Source: Candidatus Falkowbacteria bacterium
GTDB taxonomy: Bacteria > Patescibacteriota > Patescibacteriia > Patescibacteriales > WJLG01
Direction of reading: 5' to 3'
Assembly: GCA_963747695.1 (NCBI GenBank)
Contig: CAVVFV010000010.1
Span: forward strand, 389,618 to 453,617
Length of the DNA stretch: 64,000 nt
Shown here: piece after piece, positions 1 through 9,536 of the stretch
How positions within the stretch are numbered: position 1 is the first letter of the stretch
Layout of the letters: each line of letters opens with the position of its first letter
Translations under genes and position numbers: made by a program
The notes under the pieces: model-generated
The model's database searches: none
Told to the model about the DNA's origin: nothing
Seen by the model: the letters and a program-made list of their open reading frames with translations, nothing else

Positions 1-404
1 ACCTCGGTCCCTGCAAGTCATTTCTTATCTTAAAAACTCTTTATCAGAATAACAAGAATGTTTTAAATTCAGAAGTTTTTGGAAAGCCACTAACTCGATC
101 TACGCTGAATAATGAAAAGTGTCTAGAATGCGAAGCGCTAGGAATATGTGGTGGTGGATGTGCGTACGAGTCATTTGTTGAAGTTGGAAAATATGATGAA
201 ATATCAGAGAAGGGTTGTCTTATTTCTAAAACTCTCCTGTCACAATTGTTGAAATATCTGTATGAGCTAAATAAGAAAGAAATAGGGGCTGGGATAAAGA
301 ATAACGGTTTCTATTATATTAGCAATTCAGACAGAGAGAAGATTTATGGAAAAATAAAAACAAAACAAGGAACATTGGCATATTCTGTCGGGCATGTAGT
401 TTAA
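1..404 (+). CDS. radical SAM / SPASM-domain protein, C-terminal fragment (5' end outside window)
   Basis: Frame is open from the window edge to TAA at 402-404. Translation contains the Cys-rich stretch CLECEALGICGGGCAYES, typical of SPASM/twitch auxiliary Fe-S domains. Absent from the ORF track because no start codon lies in the window. Confidence 0.5.
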   Translation, partial: LGPCKSFLILKTLYQNNKNVLNSEVFGKPLTRSTLNNEKCLECEALGICGGGCAYESFVEVGKYDEISEKGCLISKTLLSQLLKYLYELNKKEIGAGIKNNGFYYISNSDREKIYGKIKTKQGTLAYSVGHVV

Positions 405-436
405 ATAGATCATTTAAGAAGTTAAAATAAGAAGAT

Positions 437-1714
437 ATGTTAGATATAAAATTTATTCGTGAAAACATAGAGTTAGTCAAAAGCAACTGTAAGAATAGGT
501 TGTCTAATGTTGATATCGACAATTTTATAGAATTGGATAAGAAAATTCGAAAAATAGAGACAGAAATAAATGAGTTACGCACGAAAAGGAATGCTACATC
601 CAAAACAAAACCATCAGCTGAGCAAATTGAAGAGATGAAGGTGGTGGGTAGTAAGATTAAAATAATGGAGGAAGAATTAGCTTTGTCTAGTCAGAAAATC
701 AGAGAAATATGGCTGGCTATTCCAAATATGACGCATCCGGATGTAATTGTCAGTATGGACGAAAATGACAATCCAGTAACTGAGACTTTTCTAGAACCGA
801 CAAATTTTAGTTTTGATTCGCGGGATCACATACAACTCGCAGAAATTAATGACTTGATTGATTTTGATCGTGCGACAAAAGTTAGTGGTGCAAAATTCTA
901 TTATCTAAAAAATGAGTTAGCATTGATGGAGTTTGCGTTAATTCAATATGCACTAGAGACCGTGATACGACACAATTTTATTCCATTTTCTACGCCAGAT
1001 CTGGCAAGAAGAGAGGTTCTTGAAGGATTAGGATTCAATCCAAGGGGTGAATCCACTCAAATATATAATGTTGAAGGCACTGACTTAAGCTTGGTTGGGA
1101 CAGCTGAAATAACAATGGGTGGTTATCATATGGATGAAGTTTTGAATGAAAGTGAGCTACCAAAAAAATATGTCGCTGTTTCACATTGTTTTAGAACGGA
1201 GGCTGGTTCATACTCGAAATTCTCCAAGGGTATTTTTAGAGTACATCAATTTACTAAGATTGAGATGTTTCAATACGTGATGCCTGACAAAAGCGAAGAG
1301 GCTCATAAAGAACTATTGGCAATAGAAAAAGAAATTTTTGAAGGATTAAAAATACCCTTTAGGGTTGTGGATCATTGCACGGCCGACTTAGGAGCTCCGT
1401 CTATACGCACATATGACCTAGAAGCTTGGATGCCTGGCAAGCCAAATAAAGAGGGTGGCATGGGTGATTGGGCAGAGATTACCTCCACCTCAAACTGTAC
1501 AGATTATCAGGCGCGTGGTTTAAATATTAAATACAAGGCGCTTGATGGAAAAAAAGATTATCTTCATATGCTAAATGGGACGGCAATTGCAGTTAGTCGG
1601 GCAATTATTGCTATTGTAGAAAATTATCAACAAGAGGACGGAAGTATATTAATTCCTGACGCGTTAAAAAAGTTCATGCCTAATAATATCGAGATAATTA
1701 AAAGAATGCGCTAA
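437..1714 (+). CDS. serS: seryl-tRNA synthetase
   Basis: 425-aa ORF with an N-terminal coiled-coil arm (MLDIKFIRENIELV...) followed by a class II aaRS core (FRTEAGS, GTAIAVSRAIIAIVEN). Confidence 0.93.
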   Translation: MLDIKFIRENIELVKSNCKNRLSNVDIDNFIELDKKIRKIETEINELRTKRNATSKTKPSAEQIEEMKVVGSKIKIMEEELALSSQKIREIWLAIPNMTHPDVIVSMDENDNPVTETFLEPTNFSFDSRDHIQLAEINDLIDFDRATKVSGAKFYYLKNELALMEFALIQYALETVIRHNFIPFSTPDLARREVLEGLGFNPRGESTQIYNVEGTDLSLVGTAEITMGGYHMDEVLNESELPKKYVAVSHCFRTEAGSYSKFSKGIFRVHQFTKIEMFQYVMPDKSEEAHKELLAIEKEIFEGLKIPFRVVDHCTADLGAPSIRTYDLEAWMPGKPNKEGGMGDWAEITSTSNCTDYQARGLNIKYKALDGKKDYLHMLNGTAIAVSRAIIAIVENYQQEDGSILIPDALKKFMPNNIEIIKRMR

Positions 1715-1759
1715 ATCAGAAAATGAGATGAATCAATAGGTCTCCATTTTCCATAACAT

Positions 1760-2626
1760 ATGTTATATTCGGCATTACTGGGTAATCCAGTTGATCATAG
1801 TGTTTCGCCTGTGCTTTTTAGAATTTTTGCTGAAAAAGCAAACATTGAGTATGCGCATTTGAAAATAAATGTACCATCCAAGGATAGGCTCCATGATTCT
1901 CTAGCGAATTTAAAAAAGCTAGGTTTTTGCGGTATTAATATTACATTACCCTATAAGTTGGATATTAAAAACGAACTGAATGAAATAAGCGTGGAAGCAA
2001 GAAAAATAGGGGCGGTAAATACTGTAGTTTTCAAAAAAAACAAAATGATTGGTTATAATACTGATGCTAAGGGTGCGCTATTAACAATAGAAAAAAAATT
2101 AAGGCCAATATTGAAAAGTGATAAGATTTTGGTTATTGGCGCTGGGGGCGCGGCTAGAGCTGTTATTTTTGAATTGTTTAAGAAGTGTAAAAATGTGACA
2201 ATTTTGAATAGAGATATTGAAGAGGCTAATAAGGTATCTAGCGACTTTTCCTTTGGAGCAAATGAAATAAATGTTGAAATTTTAAGTGATGAGAATTTGA
2301 AAAAAAATTTGAAAGAATGTAATTTTATTATAAATACAACTCCAGTGGGCATGTATCCCCAAAATGATGATAGAATTATAAGTAAAAAAGTATTTAGTCA
2401 ATTTAAGGATTTAAAGGGTAAATATTTTTTCGATGTGATATTTAATCCCTATAAAACAACATTTCTAGTAGACGCAGAAAAGAGGGGTGCTAAGATTAGT
2501 TCAGGCACTTACATGATGATTTATCAGGTAATATATGCCTTTAAGCTTTGGACTGGGATTGATTTAAAAAGATTGAATATTGAAGAGATAAATAATGAGT
2601 TAATTGTTGCTTTGCAACGACACTAG
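1760..2626 (+). CDS. aroE: shikimate 5-dehydrogenase
   Basis: 288 aa with GNPVDHSVSP and NITLPYK substrate motifs and a GAGGAARA Rossmann motif. Confidence 0.85.
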   Translation: MLYSALLGNPVDHSVSPVLFRIFAEKANIEYAHLKINVPSKDRLHDSLANLKKLGFCGINITLPYKLDIKNELNEISVEARKIGAVNTVVFKKNKMIGYNTDAKGALLTIEKKLRPILKSDKILVIGAGGAARAVIFELFKKCKNVTILNRDIEEANKVSSDFSFGANEINVEILSDENLKKNLKECNFIINTTPVGMYPQNDDRIISKKVFSQFKDLKGKYFFDVIFNPYKTTFLVDAEKRGAKISSGTYMMIYQVIYAFKLWTGIDLKRLNIEEINNELIVALQRH

Positions 2627-2629
2627 ACT

Positions 2630-4456
2630 ATGAGCAAAATATCAATAATAAATGATGAGATAAGTGATGATATTAAAGAGGTAGTCCGTTTTCTGAAAGA
2701 GCATAATCTTAATTATGTTGAATTGAGATCTATCAATAAAGAGAATATAATAAACATTCCGTTGCCGAAGATAAAGGAATATGCGAAATATTTGCAGAAA
2801 AATAAGATTAATGTATCATGCATATCCTCCCCATTACTGAAATGGCATCCAAAGAATGTAAAAAGTGCAGTTGATAGAAATTCAAAAGTCGATCAGTTTA
2901 ACTTTAAAGAAAAAGTTAATAATGCCCATGAAACAATTTTTCAAATCGCAGATATCTTCAAGGTTAAATATATTAGAATTTTTTCTTACTTAAAGTACGA
3001 GGATTTTAAATTAAGTCATCTTAATTTTGAGCTAGAGGAATTGATTGATTTAGCTGAGAAATATGATAAATTATTGCTGATTGAAAATGAACCGGTTTGC
3101 AATATTGATACCATCGATGAATTAGCGGCGTTTGTCGCTGTTTGCAAAAGCGATCGAGTGCAAATTCTTTTTGATCCAGGTAATTTATATAAACAAGGAA
3201 GCGATATAAATTATGATAAATTATCAGAGATAAAGAATAAGATTAGATATGTTCACGCAAAAGATTATTCTTTGATGCAAAAAAAGTATGTGATTTTTGG
3301 GCATGGCGATATTAATTATAAAAAACTTGTTTCATTCTTTACGAATTCTATTGATGGCAATGACGATTTATTTTATTCAATTGAGACGCATGCCGGTGGC
3401 GATGATAAGTATAGCAATTCTTCAATTTCAGTGAATAATCTTAAGGAGATGCTAGAAACCCAAAGGGTTAAATACGGTATTGTTGGCTGCGGAAGAATAT
3501 TTAAAAAACACGCACTATCAATCAAGGATGATAAGAATTCCGAATTAGTCGGAATATTTGATATTGATATCCAAAAGGCAAAAGAAAAGGCCAGTGAATG
3601 GGGTTGTAGCTGCTATGGTAGTTTGGATGAATTGATTAATAGTGTTGATGTCGTAAATATTTGCACTCCGCATAATACACACACTCAAATAATCGAAGAG
3701 GTTTTAAAAAATGGGAAAAAGTGCTTATGTGAAAAGCCAGGATGTATTAATGTCGCTGACATGAGCAAGATAAAAAAATATAAAAGATATAAGAGTGATG
3801 CATTTGTTGTTTATCAAAATCGCTTTAATAAACCCGTACTAGAATTTAAGAAGTTTATTGAAAAAAATAAGCTTGGTGAGTTGCTGTATGTTTTTGGCAG
3901 TGTGAGGTGGTTCAGGGATCGTGAATATTATGCTAATTCGTGGCAGGGTAAGAAACATATAGAGGGCGGAATGTTGTTCAATCAGGGTACTCACCTTATT
4001 GATATAATGATGCAGCACTTTGAATCAAATAAAAAAACTGAGATTTTAAGTTCTTTTCGAGAAAAAATATATCATAAAAACATTGATACAGAAGATATAT
4101 TTTTGGCTCAGTTTAGGTCTGGAAAATCAATTTTTAATCTTGAAGTGATGGTTTCGGCTGCGCCTTGCAATCTTGAAAGTAGCCTGTTATTTATTTTTGA
4201 AAAAGGAAGGGCTATAATTGGTGGTAATTCATTGAATGGCTTTTTGAACATTCATTTATTTGGTAATGATAATAAGGAATTTATCTACGATACTGAAATT
4301 AGTGACAGTGTCTATGGATATGGGCACAAAACATTAATAAAAAAGTTATCGGAATATGTGTTAGGTGGAAAGAGGGATAATGATCTTGTTGATTTTGAGG
4401 AAGCGTGTATGCGTGTCAAATTCATGAATGAATTATATGATGCGTCTGATAGATAG
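2630..4456 (+). CDS. fusion protein: xylose-isomerase-like TIM-barrel sugar-phosphate isomerase/epimerase domain + Gfo/Idh/MocA-type oxidoreductase domain
   Basis: 608 aa. The N-terminal half resembles AP-endonuclease-2/xylose-isomerase-like TIM barrels. The C-terminal half opens with a GIVGCGRI dinucleotide-binding motif and a Gfo/Idh/MocA-like layout. Confidence 0.55.
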   Translation: MSKISIINDEISDDIKEVVRFLKEHNLNYVELRSINKENIINIPLPKIKEYAKYLQKNKINVSCISSPLLKWHPKNVKSAVDRNSKVDQFNFKEKVNNAHETIFQIADIFKVKYIRIFSYLKYEDFKLSHLNFELEELIDLAEKYDKLLLIENEPVCNIDTIDELAAFVAVCKSDRVQILFDPGNLYKQGSDINYDKLSEIKNKIRYVHAKDYSLMQKKYVIFGHGDINYKKLVSFFTNSIDGNDDLFYSIETHAGGDDKYSNSSISVNNLKEMLETQRVKYGIVGCGRIFKKHALSIKDDKNSELVGIFDIDIQKAKEKASEWGCSCYGSLDELINSVDVVNICTPHNTHTQIIEEVLKNGKKCLCEKPGCINVADMSKIKKYKRYKSDAFVVYQNRFNKPVLEFKKFIEKNKLGELLYVFGSVRWFRDREYYANSWQGKKHIEGGMLFNQGTHLIDIMMQHFESNKKTEILSSFREKIYHKNIDTEDIFLAQFRSGKSIFNLEVMVSAAPCNLESSLLFIFEKGRAIIGGNSLNGFLNIHLFGNDNKEFIYDTEISDSVYGYGHKTLIKKLSEYVLGGKRDNDLVDFEEACMRVKFMNELYDASDR

Positions 4457-4462
4457 TGTTGC

Positions 4463-4693
4463 ATGAAAAAAACAATTGTAAAATTATTAATACCTGGCAT
4501 ACCATATAAAACTAAACATGGTGGTTTTGGGTATTGTTCAGTCTCCTTGATTAGTGATGGTGATGACATGATTCTTTTTGACACTGGTCACTATGCGGTC
4601 AGGAACGAAGTATTGAAAATATTAGAAAAATATAAAATAAACAAAGTTTTCATATCACACTTGCATTACGATCATTGTTTGAATGTTGTATAG
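4463..4693 (+). pseudogene. metallo-beta-lactamase-fold hydrolase, N-terminal remnant only
   Basis: 76-aa ORF ending in the HLHYDH (HxHxDH) motif. The rest of the MBL fold is missing. The stop codon lies at the boundary of the IS element and of the composition break. Confidence 0.5.
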
Positions 4694-4724
4694 TGGTCCA
4701 GTTTGTCAACACAATATTTTGAGA

Positions 4725-5690
4725 TTAAATAGTTGGGTTGGTCAGGACGGCATTTAAATTAAAGCTTGGTATATTAAGCTGCTCTGTAAAGGCAGTTTTT
4801 TTGTTTTGGCCGAAATAGGCTTCGGCGGGAGTAAGGTAGTTGAGCGACTGATGCGGACGGTAATTGTTGTAGCTGTCAAAAAATTTCGTTAAGCCGGCTC
4901 GGCATTCAGCCACCGATTCGTAGTGCTTGATGTAAACATCCTGCTGTTTAACTGTCCGCCACAATCGCTCAATGAAGATATTGTCCAAACAGCGGCCTTT
5001 GCCGTCCATGCTGATTTTGACGCCTTTTTCCAGACTGGCGGCGGTGAATTTCGGACTGGTAAAATGGCTGCCCTGATCAGAGTTGAAAATCTCAGGGATT
5101 GCCAAGGCATAGGCTCGCTCTTGAACTCGCAAGCAAAAATCGATATCTAATGTGTTAGACAATTCCCAGGCAATGACATAGCGCGAATGCCAATCGATGA
5201 TAGCCGTTAAATAGCAGAAGCCGTGTTCTAATCTGATGTAGGTGATATCCGTGCTCCAAACCTGATTCGACCTGGTGATTGATAGTCCGCGGAGCAGATA
5301 CGGATAAATTTTATGCTGTTTGTCCGGCTGGCTCAAATCCCTCTTTTTCTTCGGATATATCGCCGTAATACCCATCTTGATCATTAGCGTCCGGACATGT
5401 TTTTTACCAACCGGAATTTTATGGTCGCGCCTGATAATGGCCGCTATCGTCCTCTTGCCGTAGCTTGGATTTTCCGTATATATTTCATCAATCAGATTCA
5501 TAATGAGCAGATCCCTCTCGCTGACTTCGGTCTGGTAATACAGGCGGGAGCGGGAGATGTCCAGCAATTCAGTCTGGCGGGTCAGAGTGATATCAGGATT
5601 TTCTCGGTCGACCAATTTTAGCCGGTCGATCATCGTCAAAGATTGATAATTTTTTTTTGAGCCAGTCGAGCTCAATGTCTCGCTGGCCAA
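4725..5690 (-). CDS. IS3-family transposase OrfB (DDE integrase core)
   Basis: DDE triad context is visible (WSTDITY, NSDQGSHFTS, DNIFIERLWRTVK). Probably expressed as an OrfAB fusion. Confidence 0.88.
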   Translation of the reverse strand: MASETLSSTGSKKNYQSLTMIDRLKLVDRENPDITLTRQTELLDISRSRLYYQTEVSERDLLIMNLIDEIYTENPSYGKRTIAAIIRRDHKIPVGKKHVRTLMIKMGITAIYPKKKRDLSQPDKQHKIYPYLLRGLSITRSNQVWSTDITYIRLEHGFCYLTAIIDWHSRYVIAWELSNTLDIDFCLRVQERAYALAIPEIFNSDQGSHFTSPKFTAASLEKGVKISMDGKGRCLDNIFIERLWRTVKQQDVYIKHYESVAECRAGLTKFFDSYNNYRPHQSLNYLTPAEAYFGQNKKTAFTEQLNIPSFNLNAVLTNPTI

Positions 5691-5931
5691 CCAATTTATA
5701 CAGCCTGTCTACCAGTTGTTCTTGCTCTTGAAACTTGTCTTTTTCAATCTTATTGCGCTTGTCTTCAAACAGCTCGGCCATGCTTTCGGTGGCTGTCTGT
5801 TTCCAGCGGGTTATCAGGTTGGGATGAACACTGTATTGCGCCGCAATCTCGCTGACAGTCTTTTCGCCCCGCAGGACGGTTAGAACGATCTTAGCTTTCT
5901 CTTCTTTGGATACTTTGTTTTGTTTACTCAT
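5593..5931 (-). CDS. IS3-family transposase OrfA (HTH domain)
   Basis: 112 aa. The sequence ...EEKAKIVLTVLRGEKTVSEIAAQYSVHPNLITRWK... is typical of IS3/IS911 OrfA. It overlaps orfB. Confidence 0.85.
   Translation of the reverse strand: MSKQNKVSKEEKAKIVLTVLRGEKTVSEIAAQYSVHPNLITRWKQTATESMAELFEDKRNKIEKDKFQEQEQLVDRLYKLVGQRDIELDWLKKKLSIFDDDRPAKIGRPRKS
5650..5658 (-). promoter_or_regulatory. putative programmed -1 ribosomal frameshift site (A9 run on the coding strand) joining orfA and orfB
   Basis: T9 on the + strand equals CTC AAA AAA AAA TTA in the orfA frame. The orfB frame reads TCA AAA AAA AAT. It lies inside the orfA/orfB overlap, as in other IS3 members. Confidence 0.6.
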
Positions 5932-6087
5932 ATGGGGTTATTATACCACCCCGAATCCAACTTTTTAATGGGTCAAAATGTGTGCAGGATTCCTGGACCA
6001 TTATAGTTTGACGCCGGCCGATATTTCTGATAGTTTCAAGATATAAATTGTATCTTTGAAAATTCGTAAACAATCAAAGGGAGGCAT

Positions 6088-6921
6088 ATGGATAATGATT
6101 GTCAGTATTCCGATATTCTGGCTCGTTTCGTGGCGCTGCAGGACAAAGTTTTTGTTCTGAGGATCAGCGGCAAGATTTTTGCCAGTCAATTTATTACCGA
6201 AGTGCTTGATAATGTGGCGAATTTTCTCTATTCCGGAGTTCGGCTGATTATCGTGCTTGACGTCGAGGATCAGGCCGAGGAAAAAATGAAAACCGCCAAG
6301 ATTGAGATCATTAAAAATGACCGAGTCATAGTCATGCAACCGGCGGCCATTCCGCTAATCGAAAGCGCCTACGTAGAAATGCGGGTCAAGCTGAGGGAAA
6401 TCGAACAGAACTTGAAGAACAAGCCGAGGGTCGCCTGGGCCGACGAAGCGGTCCTGGCCGAGTCGTACGGCGAGGGATACCAGAGTACCGGCAAAGTCGA
6501 AGCGATCGATGCCCGAGTTCTCTCTCCCTGCCCCTCCGAATTGCCGTACGTGCCGAAATTGTTCATTGTGCCGACGCTCTGCAAATCAACCGTCGGTGAA
6601 TTTTATTATGTCGATGCCAACGAGGTTGCCGCTTCCTTAGCCGTTAATTTGGGAGCTAAGGAATTAATTCTTGTCAGTGAAAGCGGCGTGACCAACAAGG
6701 GCGATAAGACCGTTTTTTCGCGGCTTTCGCTGGAGCAGGCCGAAGGCTTGATCAAAAAATCCGACACGCCCGATGACTTGGCCTTGGAATTGAGAGCCGC
6801 CAAAGCAGTACTGACTAATAAGGAGACTTCTAAGGTCGAGAAGGTGTGGATCATCGGCCCGAAAGAACTCGCCGCCTGCATATTTTCCGTCATCGGAGCG
6901 GGGACGATAATCGAGGGTTGA
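6088..6921 (+). CDS. amino-acid-kinase-fold protein (N-acetylglutamate-kinase-like)
   Basis: 277 aa with a GGAGG RBS upstream. It opens with VFVLRISGKIF, has an NAGK-like central block (...FYYVDANEVAASLAVNLGAKELILVSESGV...) and ends ...GAGTIIEG. The usual HGGG motif is not evident. Confidence 0.45.
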   Translation: MDNDCQYSDILARFVALQDKVFVLRISGKIFASQFITEVLDNVANFLYSGVRLIIVLDVEDQAEEKMKTAKIEIIKNDRVIVMQPAAIPLIESAYVEMRVKLREIEQNLKNKPRVAWADEAVLAESYGEGYQSTGKVEAIDARVLSPCPSELPYVPKLFIVPTLCKSTVGEFYYVDANEVAASLAVNLGAKELILVSESGVTNKGDKTVFSRLSLEQAEGLIKKSDTPDDLALELRAAKAVLTNKETSKVEKVWIIGPKELAACIFSVIGAGTIIEG

Positions 6922-7097
6922 AATTTGCGGCTAAGCGGTTAAGTAGTCTTATATGGGGCGTAGCATTAAGCTGCGCCTCTCTTCATTTATAAAGTCCAGC
7001 CGGGCTTTTTTTGTTTGTCCGCTTCATTCGCCAACGGTAAATTGGAAATAATTTTTTTGAATTCTTGCAGATTGACTAAAATTACCAGGATGGTATA

Positions 7098-7577
7098 TTG
7101 AAATCCTTGATTCGCACACCAATCACCAAGGAGGAAAAGTTGAAAAGGAAAAAGTTCGTCAAATTGGTCAAGAAATTGCCAAAAAAGAAGTATCTGAAAC
7201 GCGTTAAGAAGCCGGAGAAGCTAGTCTCCGCCTGGCAAAAAATCCACCTGGCGGAAGGCCGCCAAAGCGGTGAAGGTCTCAAGCGGCTGAAAGATCTGCA
7301 GCGGCTGGCTATAGCAAGAATGGACAAGCTTTTGGAGAAATTTTCGAAGGATGAGGACGTCTTAAAAGTCGCTGCGCTGTGGCGCAAAGCGGTAGCCGCT
7401 CCGCCCTTGCAAAGGATCATTGAGACAAAGCTGGTCGAGCTTTTTAACGCCTGGGAGCCGACTACCAGGGAAAAATTGCCCCAATGGTTCATTGATTTGA
7501 CGATGGGCCACAAGCCGATTCCGACACCGCTGGAAGATAATTTCAACAGCATAATCATGCAAATCAAAAAGTCATAA
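7098..7577 (+). CDS. hypothetical Lys-rich protein
   Basis: 159-aa ORF from a TTG at 7098. A more convincing start is the TTG at 7140, preceded by AAGGAGG at 7128-7134. No recognisable domain. Confidence 0.5.
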   Translation: MKSLIRTPITKEEKLKRKKFVKLVKKLPKKKYLKRVKKPEKLVSAWQKIHLAEGRQSGEGLKRLKDLQRLAIARMDKLLEKFSKDEDVLKVAALWRKAVAAPPLQRIIETKLVELFNAWEPTTREKLPQWFIDLTMGHKPIPTPLEDNFNSIIMQIKKS

Positions 7578-7627
7578 GAAAGGCAATTCATCAGTGCCGC
7601 GCCATCATTGGCAGGCACTTTTTTTAA

Positions 7628-7656
7628 TTGACCAGCGCGCCGCAAATTGATAAAAT
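7628..7656 (+). promoter_or_regulatory. sigma70-like promoter upstream of the PGM/PMM-like gene
   Basis: TTGACC (7628-7633), 17-nt spacer, TAAAAT (7651-7656). Confidence 0.45.
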
Positions 7657-7722
7657 ACCATTAGTCAGCGATTATTTTTTAATATTTTTCTCGACTAAGC
7701 TCTTGAGTAAACATAGAAAACA

Positions 7723-9385
7723 ATGAATGAAACAGGAAAATTATTTTTAAAACAAGAACCCGTGCCGTTGAAATTCGGCACGAGCGGGATGCGCGGGCTG
7801 GCGACTGATTTAACGGATTTGGAATGTTATCTTAACATTCTGGGCTTTCTCGACTATTTAAAAAGCATCAGTGCGGATCGAGGGCGGCATCAAAGCAGGC
7901 GCGGTAATTTTTTTGGCCGGAGATTTTCGGCCGAGCACGCGGAGGATTATGAAGGCCATCACTAAAGCGATTAAGGATTCCGGGTGCACGATCAAGGATT
8001 GCGGAAATATGCCGTCGCCGTCCGTGGCCTATTGCGGCTTGCGCCAAAATTGCGCCAGCATCATGGTTACCGGCAGCCATATTCCCGAAGATCGCAACGG
8101 CATCAAGCCTAATAAAGCCAATGGGGAAATCTTGAAAGCCGACGAGCCGGTGATGTTGCAACACGTTGCCGAGGCCAGGGAAAAAATTTATGCCACGTTG
8201 GGAATATCCGGTGGCTTATTTGATCAAGCCGGAATGCTCGTCGAAGATGTGGTAATGCCGGAAGTCGATCGTGAACAAACTGAAATGTATATCAAAAGAT
8301 ATACCGAAGTATTTCCGGAGAATTGTCTTCAAGGAAAGAAAATCGTGGTTTACCAGCATTCATCGGTGGGCCGGGATATTGTCACGGAAATATTCAGGCG
8401 GTTGGGAGCGGAAATCGTGGTTGAAGGCCGGACGGATAAATTCGTTTCCGTCGATACGGAAGCTTTGAAAGATGAAGATTTGAAATTAATGAAAGAGTGG
8501 GCGGAAAAGAATAAACCTTTCGCTTTGATCTCATTCGACGGCGACTGCGATCGGCCGTGGCTGTCCAATGAATTGGGTGAATTTTTACCCGGAGACCTGT
8601 TGGGCGGGCTGACCATGCTGCATTTAGGGGCTGATTTCGGGGCTGTCCCGATAACCTGCAATGATGCGGTTGATCAGATTTTGGCCGGTAAAGCCAAATT
8701 GGTTAAGACAAGAATCGGTTCTCCGTTTGTGATCAGAAGCATGATGGACGCGGCCGAACAGGGGTTTAAAAGAATTTCCGGCTGGGAAGTTAACGGCGGG
8801 TTCCTGACTTACACGTGATTTTAAAATGTATGGAAAAAAACTTACGGCTCTACCCACCCGCGACGCCGTTCTGCCGCTGCTTTGCGTCGTGCTTTTGGCC
8901 GATTGAAAAAAATATCACTCTTTCGGCGATAATGAATGGTTTGCCGAAAAGATATACCAATAGTAATAAAATAAGAGAGTTTCCCGGTCGAGATTTCGGA
9001 AAAAATAATCAATAAATATTCTCCGGAAGATAACACGATTGAGAAGATGGAATTCGGCGCTGAAGAAATAATTGTCGTTAGAATAGACGGAAGCGCGGAA
9101 AAGGTGAAAAACGATTCATCTTTTGGGAAGGAATGGCAGGAAAAGAAAAAAACTTTCGAGGAAAAATATTTTATTCCCAATGGCATTGCCAAAATTATTT
9201 CTTTTAATTATGTGGAGGGATTAAGGATTATGACCGAAAATAAAGAAGTGGTTCACCTGCGCGAGTCGAGTAATGCGCCGGAGATGCGCTGTTATGCCGC
9301 CGCGGATTCTAACGCCCGCGCCGTTGAATTGGTTCACATCGTTTTGACCAAGGTAGTCCCTGAGTTAAGAACCGATCTGGGTTAA
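7723..9385 (+). pseudogene. phosphoglucomutase/phosphomannomutase-family gene split over at least five reading-frame segments
   Basis: FGTSGMRG N-terminus, TGSHIPEDRNGIK active-site loop and ALPTRDAVLPLL domain-IV motif all occur in order but in different frames. Frame changes lie near 7860, 8815, 8900 and 8988. Confidence 0.75.
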
Positions 9386-9536
9386 AATATCTTATATTAC
9401 AGTAAGATTTGAAGCTTTGGGAAAAAAAGTGTATAATGAATTTGCCTGAGCCTTTCAAATTTGACTCATTTGGGCTAAAGCGTTACTGTATTGGCAGTCA
9501 AGAATAATCGGTAATTACTAAGCAAAACATTTATTT

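Larger units (their letters stand above)
4693..6001 (-). mobile_element. IS3-family insertion sequence (orfA/orfB with -1 frameshift), apparently intact
   Basis: Terminal inverted repeats TGGTCCAG... at 4694 and ...CTGGACCA at 6000, extending imperfectly to about 30 bp. Two overlapping transposase ORFs. Possible TATA(G) direct repeat at 4689-4693 and 6002-6006. Confidence 0.85.

Noticed and set aside
6001-6339. 112-aa minus-strand ORF abutting the IS right end, as a possible continuation of the truncated MBL gene
   Set aside because: It is on the wrong strand for the MBL gene and has no MBL motifs. It overlaps the better-supported amino-acid-kinase-like CDS, which has a GGAGG RBS.
9386-9536. 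L20-binding leader or attenuator upstream of infC (TATAAT at 9432-9437 and a ~100-nt leader)
   Set aside because: The location is plausible by analogy with infC-rpmI-rplT autoregulation. However, I could not identify the pseudoknot or 23S-mimic structure by eye, so there is not enough evidence to call it.
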